From assembly GCA_030704615.1 (NCBI GenBank), contig CM060733.1, forward strand, positions 70,246,001 to 70,310,000: 64,000 nucleotides of DNA, in the 5' to 3' direction. Both the position numbers and the translations under genes were made by a program. Under the pieces are notes generated by a model. That model did no database searches, was not told the DNA's origin, and saw only the letters and a program-made list of their open reading frames with translations. This DNA comes from Takakia lepidozioides (Eukaryota; Plantae; Bryophyta). Position 1 is the stretch's first letter. Each line of letters starts with the position of its first letter. Of the stretch, positions 22,761-34,800 are shown one piece after another.

Positions 22761-25754
22761 CTTCTGACCATCGTTGACAAGACCCTGCGTGTTGATGCAA
22801 GTCCAGATCTTCTTCAGGATGGGTGTTGCACTTCTCCCCATCCATACTTTGATATCATTCTCAGTGACTTCTCCATCGGCTGCTAGCACAACAACACAGC
22901 CGTCGTCATCCAACATGTTGGCTGCGAACCCGAATGTGTGGCTCCAGTATCTTTCATCATACTTGTTCCACCACGGTAGTTAGCCCAGCCCCTGTAGTTC
23001 CTGCCCATCCGGGATATCCACAAGGATCATGTCGATGGAGGCTTTCACCGCCCTGCCCCCGACTGTGCTCTTTTTGTCGTGGCTCATCGCCACAAAATAC
23101 TCCATCATTTTTGTGAAGCCGGGAGTGTCCTCAATATCATTGCCAGTGGCCTTCCTCTTCTCCTTCCCCTGGTGGGCCTCGATCACCTTCCTCAATCTCG
23201 TTTTCTCCATCCTTCTGGTCAGAGCAGTTAGGAAATTTTCATTAACACACTCCACAATTGTGGGTGTTTTGAGGACTTCCCTGCCCACAATGTGCACCGC
23301 ACGGTAGGGTCTTCCAGGTGCATCCTCGTATAGTGATCTCTTCGCAGCTGAACCCCCGGAGCGCTGGCCCTTGTGAATTTTTGGACGAGGTGTGGCCCCC
23401 TGGGTGTTATCCTGCTGAAAATCGTCGTCGGAATCCTCGTCATCTAGCTGACTATGTTGCTGCTTCTTCTTCTTGGGTGTGGGGCTCTTCGTCTCTTGCC
23501 CTTGTTTGCGCGTTCTTTTCTTCCTGTCCTTGGGCTGCTCAGCTGCCTGCTTCTCCATCTGCTCCTTCGCCACCGCTGTCGCCTTGGCTGACTTTCTCAG
23601 TGCTTTCTGCTTTGCTGCCTCCTCTGCTTTCAAATTTTCCGCGTCCTCTGGTTGGGGATCCAAATGCGCCTTCATAGCCTGGGCATTCGCTTCCTTCTTT
23701 AAGTTAACCTCCGAGAGGTCAACGGTCCCACTTGGGAGATCCACATACCAGGGACAGTCTACCAAATGCTCGGCATGCCACTCCTTCGCCATTACTTCTG
23801 TGTACATCGTACCACAACCTCCAGGTGTCCTCCACGCCTGGAAGAATGGTGGAACCCTTTGAATGGCTCCAGACGGAATGAGAGCAAAATTTATGTACCT
23901 GCAATCACGAGCCAGTTCAACAAAAATCATGCTACTGATGCATCATGCAAGAGGAAGTTCTGAATGCAGAAGGTATTTCGGCACCAAAATACGCAATGGA
24001 CCGTGCCCCAATTACCCAGCATTCACATCTTGCAGAGGGATATTTCGGCGCCGCAATACCCACCGCTGCTTGGCTAAATTCTCAAAACTGCAAATAGGGG
24101 GATGCATTGGTAGCAGATTACCTGAAGAGGACTCGCATTGCCGCTTTGTCAGCACCCTCTTGCTCTTCGATGTATACGCTACGTCTTGCCTTTGCAATTT
24201 CTCTGAAAAAGAGGTTTGCGAAGCGCCCTCGCCAGGACTGCACGTAGTTCTCCATTGTCTCTGGTTTCGTCCAGTCGATCTGTAACTTGAAAGTGGTGGT
24301 GTTGCAATCCAATTGCTCCTGGGAGTGGGTCAGTACTTGCAGCATTGCAGGTCTCCAAAACATTCATGAATTTGAAGAGGAGGAAATTATACCTGAAGCC
24401 ACCAAGTCATCACATTGAGCCAGTCGTTCATTTTGTTGTCTATTGGCTCGATGGGAAAGTGGTACAATAGCTTCGTGTTTGTATGGCCGTTCCAGATTTG
24501 CAGCCACCTTGTCTGCATGGCCTAACATCGGTCAGACAAAAGAACCTCATCATGAGAATCACGAGAAGACACAAAACAAGAACAAACACATGCTAACCTT
24601 CTCCGCCGGCTCAACACCGGACACTGCGATGTGATGAAGTTTCTCCATGGACATTTCCGGTTTCATGGGTCTGGAGTAATGCAGTCCTATCTCCGCCAGG
24701 AACTCGGTACCAAGACCAGGGTCAGCAATTGCAACTTGCTTCATAAGTTTGGACTTGTACTTGGTCCGTGATTGCCTCCCTGCCTGCACAATGTGACTCT
24801 CTATTGACACGTCCGCCTTGTTGGGGGCATCACTCTCAAAGAACTGCCTTTTGGCATAGGCCAAGTCATCCCTGATGTTTGTCTGCATTCCCATACCTAG
24901 CGGATACAGTCAGGCCACTGATCCCTGCAACAAATAGCATTAAATCGGGAAATTTGAGATGAACCTCACCGAATAGAGGATCTCCACCATGGCGTCCAGT
25001 GTTGGTCGGTACCAGGTGCGATCCGCTTTTGCAAGGGACTTCCTGTCCAGCTCGGGATCGAGGGATTTTTGGAAGTCCGTCAGCGGTGTTGTGCCCACTT
25101 CTTGTACTCTGTAGAGTGTATGTGTCAAGTGAGTTTCCACGAAGGCCCTCTCTGTTACCCTGCCATGGAGGAAAAAAAATTGAACAACATGAAAATATGA
25201 TACAAAAATAACCATATTTCGGCACAACAATCCAATTTCCAGTTCATAGAGTGGATGACAGTCAAGAACATTGCCTATTTTGGCGCCGCAATAGGCACTA
25301 CACAAGGATGTAGTACTATACTTACAGATTTATATCCGCCATGGCACCCTTCAGCAATCCTCTGTCCCTCACGTCCACCTTCACGACAATGCAGTCCACC
25401 ATGTAATGCCAATTGATATCTTGCGGATGCATTTCAGCAATGTACTATGTCCAGGCAAGCATCTTGTGGTTTCCGTCTCAGACGAAGAACATCTTCCCTG
25501 CCATGTATGCGAATGTGGGATTAGTCTTCAGAGAGGCTTCAAACTCGGCATTTATAGTGTGCCAGTGGGGGCTCCAATTCTGAAGCTCCTCTGCAGTGGG
25601 GCCCCTTGTGACACCCCTGGTCATTCTCAATGGAAATGTAGAATGTTGCCGACCCCCGTCTGTACCCCTCTCTGAAGTTGTGCTTCAGTCGGTCGATGTC
25701 CCCTGGTTGTGCTTCCCTTACAACTGGAAGGCTGTTCTTTGCATGCTTTAGCAT
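22761..25754 (-). pseudogene. Second, diverged and truncated copy of the ParB/Srx-MTase gene
   Basis: SLPVVREAQPGDIDRLK...KMFFV*DGNHKMLAW; SRTKYKSKL...AIADP; DMILVDIPDG; LDDDGCVVV; PILKKIWTCINT. Intron positions are shared with the 8072-12996 gene. It has nonsense codons and lacks the motif-I exon. Confidence 0.8.
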
Positions 25755-26603
25755 GGAACTCTTGAAGGATGAGGATGGTAAGCTGCAATGGGATCCTACC
25801 TATAGTTTTGGCTTTGTCATGACATCAGGCCTATGACCTGCAATCTGGTTTTTTATATGCAAAAGAGGCTGGATCTCGGCTGTTCAAGCTGCTTGTATGT
25901 ACAAGTCTTGAACCTGCAATTTGACAGGCTGAGTTCACATTCCCTTGACACCTTGTATGATCACATGTCTCGGGGTGAATACAAATGATATGGAATTTAT
26001 TTCATCATGCCCAAGGAGGACTGCTTGGTGACATATTGTGATTCTGACAAATTGCAGGCTGGTCCTTATGCCTTGGCTGATGCATGACCTGCCATAATTA
26101 ATGGCTGAAAAAAGTAAGATGCTGCAACTTGTGGGTCATATCCAAGATGTATGTGTGAAAATGTGTCTTGAAATGGTAATAGGGCAAGCTGGACCATGGT
26201 ACCTTGCCCTTTGCATGACCTCAGCATTTTTATGCTCCTTCAATACATGACCTACTTGGTAAGATATGTGTGCAGGCTGAACCAAGAGGCCTTGCAACCT
26301 GCACAGGGCAGCAATATCTTATCTTGTCCCACACATGAACACATGATTCATTGGCCAAGATGGCCGGATCTCGGGTGTTCAAGATGCTTGCATCCCCTAC
26401 ATGAACAAACCCCGCCCTCCCACCCTGTTTTATCATGACTGATTGGGTGATGTCAATTCATGGGAAGCTATGACAAGAATGGAAATGTTAGATGGTGCCC
26501 TGTTTTGGGTTGTTTATGTCTTTAATTGACAATGACCCTAGTGGGTCTTGTCCATGTCTTGACATGACATGAATATCTTCCCTCTCTTCTGTGCTGCTCT
26601 CTT

Positions 26604-27165
26604 TTAAGCTCCCAACGAGATAAATTCAAGGTCAAATGGTGGGTTTAGCTGCAACATATGTCCAACACCAGATATCCTAAGTTAATCGACTCTATATCTT
26701 GGAAACAGGACCGCCCACCGACCTGTCAAACAGGCTAAGTCCTGGTAGAAGACAGTAGAAGAGATTCTCAAGGACCTGGACCTGGAACCGCAAGTCTTCA
26801 CCCTGCTGGATAAATCTGACTTAGAGGCTGTAGTGTCCAACCATGTCTGTGGGCAACCTGAAGACATTATTCATTTTCTGATACACTTTCCGGGGTTCTC
26901 TCACCAAAGAGACGCTCTCTTCAAATCTATCAAGGGAATTGTGCATGTACCTCTGTTTATTAACTTTGAAAAAATCGAGGCTGAGCCAAAAGTTAGCCCC
27001 TTCTGAGGCCTAGTTTTTGGGCAACTCACACACAGCAAATTGATGCTTATGTGAAGGGATTTGTAGAGGATATCTGGAAAACCCGGATTAATTCTATATG
27101 TGAAGGTAAGTTTTACTACCAACGTCAGCCCCTGACAGAGGTAGGATCTGTCCCTTTTGTTTCCC
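26604..27165 (+). mobile_element. Internally deleted, degraded LINE 3' fragment of the same family as 56519-58091
   Basis: High nucleotide similarity to 57264-57500 joined to 57712-58030. Confidence 0.8.
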
Positions 27166-27171
27166 CAAGAG

Positions 27172-27289
27172 AGGGGGCAACAAAGGAAAAAAAAAAAATG
27201 AGGGGGGGGGGGGGGGAGTGACTGAGCAGTAGCAGCTGCTCAGTCACTCCCCCCCCCCCTACATTCTTTTCTTTTCTTTGTTGCCCCCT
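27172..27289. repeat. Fold-back inverted repeat (~55-bp arms with G/C tracts, 6-nt loop), MITE-like
   Basis: agggggcaacaaag...gggagtgactgagcag-tagcag-ctgctcagtcactccc...ctttgttgccccct. Confidence 0.7.
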
Positions 27290-27769
27290 GATGTCTCCCT
27301 CTCTCTCCCTCTGGAAACTGGGTTTATGGAATTGTCGTCCCGACTTCCATCTTTGAGAAAATTGAAAAAATTGAAAAATTGGGTTGCAGGGAATTTTGGA
27401 TGTTTTTTCATCCAAAATACAAATCTTTCCCTAGTGAAACATTTCTTCACTAAATACCTATGAGGTGCAAAACTCCCGTCAGTCAATCCAACCTGGATGA
27501 AAAAAGGACTTCATCTGACAGGACCTAAATATGGGGCAAGACATGTATAAACCCCCGATGTTTTTCATCTAAAAAAACAAATGACCATCAAAATTGGAAG
27601 CTGGGGATGAGGCTTATAAAAGTTGAGATGGTCATTTGTTTTTTTAAGGATTTCTGCACACATATGTGGATCTGTTCCAGGTGGAGAATATTAACATATT
27701 GGATAAAGTAGACATGGAGAAGCACCGCATTACGAGGCAGGAGACACTACAAAAAGAGCTTCAAAGGGC

Positions 27770-28863
27770 ATACCATGTAACAGGTCCCAGTATAATCGAA
27801 GACGAAATCCCATTCATTCAATGGGCGATTGAATGGTTTCCCATCCAAATGATTTTCGTTTGCTTTCAATCTTTGCCACTATGTTCAACATACCATGTAT
27901 CAGGTCCCGGACTAATATGAGATCAATCGAAATTCATTCGATGGCTCAACAGATGGTTGGCCATCGAAATGATTTTGGTTCGCTTTGAGACTTGGCCACT
28001 ATGTTCAATGTGCCATGTAAGAGGCCCCAGAGTAACATGAGATCAATCGAAATTCGTTCAATGGGCCAACGGATGGTTGCCCATCCAAATGATTTTCGTT
28101 CGCTTTGAAACTCGGCCAGTGTGTTCAATGTACCCTTTGATACGTCCTAGTGTAATACGAGATCAATCGAAAATCGTTCAATTGTCCAACGAGGCGTTCA
28201 CTTGTCATCTGGTTTTTGTTCAATGCGAAAAAGAAATCCTGCAATGCGTGCACGGCTATTGCACCCATTGAACGGATGTGGTTGAAGCCCCTCTTTTGCC
28301 CGCATGTGCTTGAACATGTGTGCGACACATGTGCAGGACACGACAGACGAATAAATCATTTGCCTCCCCATTGTCGCGCTCCCCCCTCAAGCCATTCCAC
28401 AATTTAATCGAGTTTAAATTTATTTTAAGCCAATAAATAGGTTTGCACTGCCTTTCAGTGGGGGTTTCTGGCACGTATCAATTTTGTTCTGCGGCTTCCA
28501 GCATCCCACGGCTACTCCCCCGCCAAAATTTGGACCAATAAAAAATGCCCCCAAAAAAAAGTGTTCTCTTCGCTCACTATTGCTATGAAGAGTGCATGAA
28601 GTAGAACACAAATCAAGTTTGGAGTGCAAAACAGGGAAGAAACTGTGGTTTTGGGTCCAAATGAATTTTGATCGCTCCCAAATTTGGCACGCACGCTGCT
28701 GCATATGGCTACATTACACGCCCCATTCAAAAACGGAATGTGAAAATAATCGTAAGCACGCGAAACACAGTCCAACAGGTCCCAAAGCAATAACAGCTCC
28801 AACGGAATACATTCAACGGGTGAACGGATGGTTTCCCATCCAAATCATTTTTGTTAGCTTCCA
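27770..28863 (+). repeat. 120-bp-unit tandem repeat block, target of the large LINE; continues at 44608-45050
   Basis: Units start near 27781, 27901, 28021 and 28141 (gagatcaatcgaaattc...gatggttg). 27900-28298 recurs at 44651-45050. Confidence 0.8.
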
Positions 28864-28899
28864 GAGAGAGAGAGAAGACTCCGGCCGAAGCCGACGTAA

Positions 28900-31800
28900 C
28901 TAAGAGCCTCTTCGCCTTGCGGCTACTGCCCTTTTTCGAGGGTGGGTCCTATAAAAGCAAGGTGTCATGTGGGACACCAAGTGAGCGTAGAAAGTAGCCT
29001 GTGGTACCCCTAGGTACCCTGGGGAACCGAGGGTGCAATTGAGGTGCTGGATTCCAACGCGTTTGTTGGTGATAATAGCTGTAAGCGAACGGAGAGCTGT
29101 AAGCGAACGGAGTGCTGTGAGGTGAATTGCTTTGAAGCATTTGTGAATGGGAAGAGTGGGAATTTTGAAGTTATCATGTATGTCGGTGATATTGGCATTA
29201 TGAATGCTGCCTCGAGTACCGGCGGTGATGACGGTTAATGGCCCAGTTTTCCAGCCATATCGTCTGATTGCAAGGATAAGCGGGGCATATTTTTGACGTT
29301 TTCCCAAAATCGAGTCCGTGGGGTAGCGATCGTGGCAAAATGTGAATTCAATAAAATGAATGGTGAATTGTGGGGATGGTGAGGTGGGGGGTAGGGTGTT
29401 AATGGGTAGGCCTTGTACAAGGAGTATGTCCGGGCAAAGCCTAGCAGGGCATGAGCATGGTGATCAGGTACATATGCACGGTAGCAGCCAGGGTGGCACA
29501 GTATGGTCGGGTGGCTGACCTTGGTAGGTGCCAGCGTTTATGAGCGAGAACCATCTGGTTTCAGCACGGTTTAGAAAGAGCTTATGGAGATGCCAAACTG
29601 CCTGATTGTGTCGCGTGATGTGAAGGCCATGTATGGTCAGGTGTGTATTTTGGCTGAGAAGATGTGGCCAGGTGTCACGAGCTTGGTGAGTGGTTGAGCA
29701 TAATGGACAGTATGGAGATGGGAACATATGCGGCCAAAAGATGTGTTTGCGCTGGTGACCCATGTATTGGGCGTATCTGAATTTGAGTGTTTGTCGGATT
29801 TGTGCATCAGTGGTAGCATTGGTTAGCCAGAAATAATTTGAGAGTTTATGGTGCAATACATTTGATTGAGTCCATTTTTGGATGTGGAGTTTGGTGTGAC
29901 TGATGGAGGCTGTAGCTTGCTTGTGTGCTTCTCTGGTCAGAGTGGTCAGAAGGTTTCGGATTGGTCTGGGTGCAGGGGGGTCCGGGACGGGGTGGATGAA
30001 CCAGAAGGGGTGGGTATGGGTGATGTGAATAGGGTCGGCTGTGGGTTCGATTGTGGGTTGAGAGGCGCCGAGTTGAGTGAGTAGGTCTGCTTCCTCATTA
30101 CCATGAATGCCAGTGTGCGAGCCGACTTTGAGGAAATGGACTGGGTGGTTTTTGGAAGTGGCTCTTTGGACAATGGCGGTAATGAGGTTGCGGTTGGGGT
30201 GATGATGATGGGAAGAAGGGCGGGAGATGTGGTTTTGAATAAGAAATAGAGAGGTGAGGCTATCAGTGAAGATGTAGTATGAGGGGGGGAAAGCGTCAAT
30301 TAGAGATAGAGCGTCGTGGATGGCCATGAGCTCGGCCCTTAGAATGGTGGCAGGGCCGGGGAGCCGGAGGGCAACACCCCGACCGCTGCCGGCGTGATAA
30401 ATACCATAGCCTGCATTAGGTTTGGTAAGGGATCCATCAGTGTAGTATGAGTTTGTCGGGGGATATTTGAGGATGGTGTTTTGGTAATATATTGCGGGGA
30501 GTGGGGGAGGGGGGGTTGCTGGGCGCGGCTGTGCTATACCCCAGGCTTTGTTTGTTTTGATCCGGGTAAATGTGGTGGTTGTGTGGGTGTGGGGGGGTGT
30601 AGCTGGATAATGGATGGTGGCCTTCATGTTATGAGTTATGGTCAGCAACTGGTCTAGCTGGTGGAAAAAATGTGGCGGTATGTTTGTATGAAGGGGGTTT
30701 TGGACATGTAGAATCAGAGTTAGGGTAGGTTCATCCCTTTTGAGGTACTTGGGAAGAGGGGGCGTATGAGCGTACTTAAGCTGATTTGGGTCAATTGTGG
30801 CGAATAGATTGACCCCTTCTGGGAGTCGTAGAAGAGGGTGGAGGGTGCTAGGTGTATTTTGCTGTGTGAGGATGAGGATTGTGGAGGCAAGAGGAGAGGA
30901 GTGTGCTGCAAATCTTGCCCATTGGAGAGCTTCATGAGCGAGAGGGCCTGAGGGGGAATGGGCAAAGCCCCTACCCTCCCAGATATGTTGGGTAGCGTTA
31001 CCGGTAGCTCCAAAGAGATAATCCCTGTGGTGTGGGCTGGAAAATGTGTGCAGGTCCATAGGACATGTCAGTGGATTGGAGTAATATGAGTGAGTAAGCT
31101 GGAATATATGGGTAAGCAAGGCGGTAATATCTGGGGGTATGGCATGGTGTGTGCATGCCATTTCTAGTCGGGTGAGGGATCGTGGCTTCTTGGGGGGGGT
31201 GTCTTTGAGGTAGCGGTCTACGAGCCAATATAATTCGGTTGCGAAATCTTGTTTTGGGGGTTGTAAAGATTGTGGGTATGAGTTTGCAGCAGAGTACTTC
31301 TCCCACAACCATGTTAATCGGGTATTAGGAATGAGTCCAATGAAGCGGCCGTGTTGAGCGTAAATATGGGAAAGGCGGGGGCCCATGTGAATTAGAGGTT
31401 GGTCATGCTTGACATCTTTGTCGGGGTTACACTCAGTTATGCAGATGTGCACGTTAGGGGCAGAGATCGGCTGATGAACGTATCGATTATCGGTAAGTTG
31501 GGCGGGGGTAATGTGTTGTTGGTGAGTGTGTGCTAAATAGTCCGTGTTGGTATGTTTATGGAAGGAGGTGAGAAGGGCAAGATTATGCTCGGGGTCACAA
31601 TCGTCATGTGGGCCAAATAGGTCATCTTCTATCTGCCATGTGTTGTATTCTGAGGAGTAACCAGCCCATTTACAGTGGTAGTAGGTATCAATACAGGTGG
31701 CACCGAAGGCATCGAGTGATGTTTGGGTTTTGATTCCTAGTATGGCTTCAATGATGTATGCATTACTATTGTCATCGTTGTGTGGAGAAGATGGGGGGGC

Positions 31801-34800
31801 GCTGTGGTGAGTGGTTGGGAGTGGGTGGGGGGGCCTTACATATTACGTGAGAGGTTGACTGGCACATTCGGGTTGTGGTCAGGTTCGGTATGGTGTGTGT
31901 TAGGTATATGAGAGGGGGGGCCGGGTTCGGTGGCTGTGGGGGTATTGGTGGCATATGCCGTTCTAAGTGTTTGGTAGATGGAGGCAGTAGGGGAGGATCG
32001 GTACCGGGGGAGCAGGTCTTGAACCGTATGGGGATAGTATAGACATGGAACATCGCAGTGGAGGGTGCAGGATGCTGAGGGATGGCAGAAGAGGGTTCGG
32101 AGATGGTGCAGGTATCAAGTGGTTTTGGTTGTAGCTCGGGAGAATTTAAGAGTGAATTCGCTTGGTTTTAAAAGTCGATGGCCAGAGGCGGTGGTAAGTT
32201 GGGTGAGGGTGGTAATTTGACGTTCTTTGAAATAGTTGAGGATGGGGGTTTTTAGTTTCGGATGAGAGATGTCGAATTGCGATAAGAAAGGGCTTGTGAG
32301 CCATGCGCGTTCTAGGGGTGACGAGGTGTTAGGGTAATCTGGCAGGTTGGTTTGTATGCTAATTTTCATTTGGCGTAGGATGAGTAGTGTGCGGGCAGTA
32401 GGGGAGTGTAGGCAGGCTCGTGGGTGCAGTGATGGTAGTGAGTAAAGGCCATTGTGTCTTAATGCGAGGTGTTTGAGGAGGCCCTGATAGATGATACCAA
32501 GATGTCCAGGGTCATTGAGTGCTTCTTTTAAATGTGTGCCTAATGTGCGAGCATATGATATGATTAAGGGGTTAGAACCGATTCCGTAGCTGTCAGTTGG
32601 GAGTTGTGTGAGGGCATTAGGGTAACTAGTTGGTAAGCCACATACGCGCTTTGTGAGTTGAATAATGCTTTTATCAAGCTTTTTGATGTCTGGTAATGAG
32701 AAGGGTGCGGCGTGAAATGAGTATTGAATTTGTGTTTGTAGTACGGATTGAATGATAGATAGTTTCGGATGGATGGCAATTGGGGATTTGAGCAGGGCAA
32801 GACTTTTGGTAGCTAGTTTGGATGATGTAGAGTCTTTTTGGATGTGCCAAGTGAGGGAGGGTACTAATTGGATACCCAGGTAGGTGTATGGCTCATCTGG
32901 TCCCAGGAAGGGGAAGGGTGTGTTTTGGTAGTGTACATATAGTTTGCAATGTGAGGCTATGGCTGCTTTAGTGAGCCGACTGTGATGTGTGGCAGCAGTG
33001 ATGGCGCATTTGTGTAAGCTAAGTTCCATGCCTGACCATAGATTGAATTGACATAGTTTGTTAACTTGTCGGTTTAGGTGTTGTGGTTTGTGTGCCAGGA
33101 TGGCGAGATCGTCTGCATATGCTGCAGCTGAGATGTCACTTGAGGAGGTTTTGTATTGATACCCAAGTTTTCCACGGGCGAACCAGCGGAGTAGGGGTTA
33201 TAGGAAGATAATAAATAGGTAAGGACTTAAGGTGTCTCCTTGGATGGTGCCTCGAAGGATGGAGACAGGCGGGGTGGAGCCATAGTAGGCACCAAGTATT
33301 CAGTGGCACTGTTTGTGTAGATGTTTCCTATAAGTTGGACGGCATCAGTGGGGTACCCAAGATCAAGCATGATAGCGAGTAGCCTAGCATGATCTAAGGA
33401 GCCGAAGGCATTTTTAAAGTCAATATATAAGAGATATATGTCTTGCTTTGTAAGTTTAGCGTCTTTGAGGGCGGATAGTACATATTGTATTTGTCTTGTT
33501 GTACTACGCGTAGCTCGGAATCCTTCTTGGGGGTCACTTAGAATTTGGTGTTGTTCGCCATAGCTTGAGAACATTGTGGTGAGCGTGCTGGTGAATAGCT
33601 TATATATGGTGTTGGCCAGTGCTATGGGCCTGTAGTTACTAAGAACTGTAGGGTCACCTTTTTTAAAGAGTAAAATGGTGCGGCTTTGCTTCCAAGAGTG
33701 TGGAATTCGTTTCAGTTTGTAACATAGTTGAAATTTTTTAAAGAAGAGGTGATGAAGTTGAGGGTCCAGTGCTTGAAGTATGGCATTTGGGATAAGATCA
33801 GGGCCCGGGGCTTTAGATTTAGATAGTTTTTTGAGACATGATTCGTAGAGATCTATTGTGAATAAGTCTAGAACGCGGTCCATTGGGGATCCTTTGTTGT
33901 CAATCGAGAAGCCAGCTATATCATGCCATGGGTAGTGTTTAGCTTTACACATACAGTTGGCAATGTGAAGATTAGGGTGGAGACAGTTTGTAACTGTGGG
34001 AGTGTATGTCGAGGATGCTTGTAGCCATATTTCGTGGTTGATGTCCGTTGGATTGGTTAGAAGGTGGCCATGCCTATGTTTGAGACAATCGATTGGTGGG
34101 TTGAGGGCAGGGTTAAAGATGGCTTTGTGAGCTTTTTTGGGGTGGTCGCGCAGCAGTTGGTTAAAAGATGAGACAAATTTTTTGTGATTGGCGGTGGCTT
34201 TTTGTTTGGTAATACTGTAAGCGGCTTTTTTGGCATCTCTTCCACCTTTGGAGAGAGCAGCTATCCAGTTAGGAATATCTTGGGGATTGGCAGGTGGAGG
34301 CATAAGTGCTTGGCATGTTATTAAAGTATTTAGGCAAGTGATACGTGGATCCGATGTCCAGTTATTCCTCGGGTGTATGGGGGTAGTGGTAGGTATAATA
34401 GTAAGGGCGCGTCTGATCGTGTGGTATGTGTTAAGATGTGTTGTCCATGTACGTTTTTGAGTACGGGAAAGGTAGCCACCATTTTGCTTTGAGCGTGGAG
34501 TTTGTGGGATTTCAGGAGGGGCAGAGCAGGTGGCAATGACACATTTGGTCATTTCTTTTATTGAAGTTGTGAGTATGATCTCGGCTTCGATCCAGGCTTT
34601 GTCAGGGGATTGCGCGAGGTTTGCTTCGGAGAGTGTGTCGGAGAGTTTTAGCAAAAGGTGTGAAGATGTTGGTTGGAAGTGCTTTAGAAAGGTGACTATG
34701 TTATTGTGGGGGAATGGGGATAAATTTCTAGATTGCAGCGGTGGAACATGTGTGGGTGGAATGGGTCTAAAGGGGATGAGGGATGGTGGGATGGTTACTG

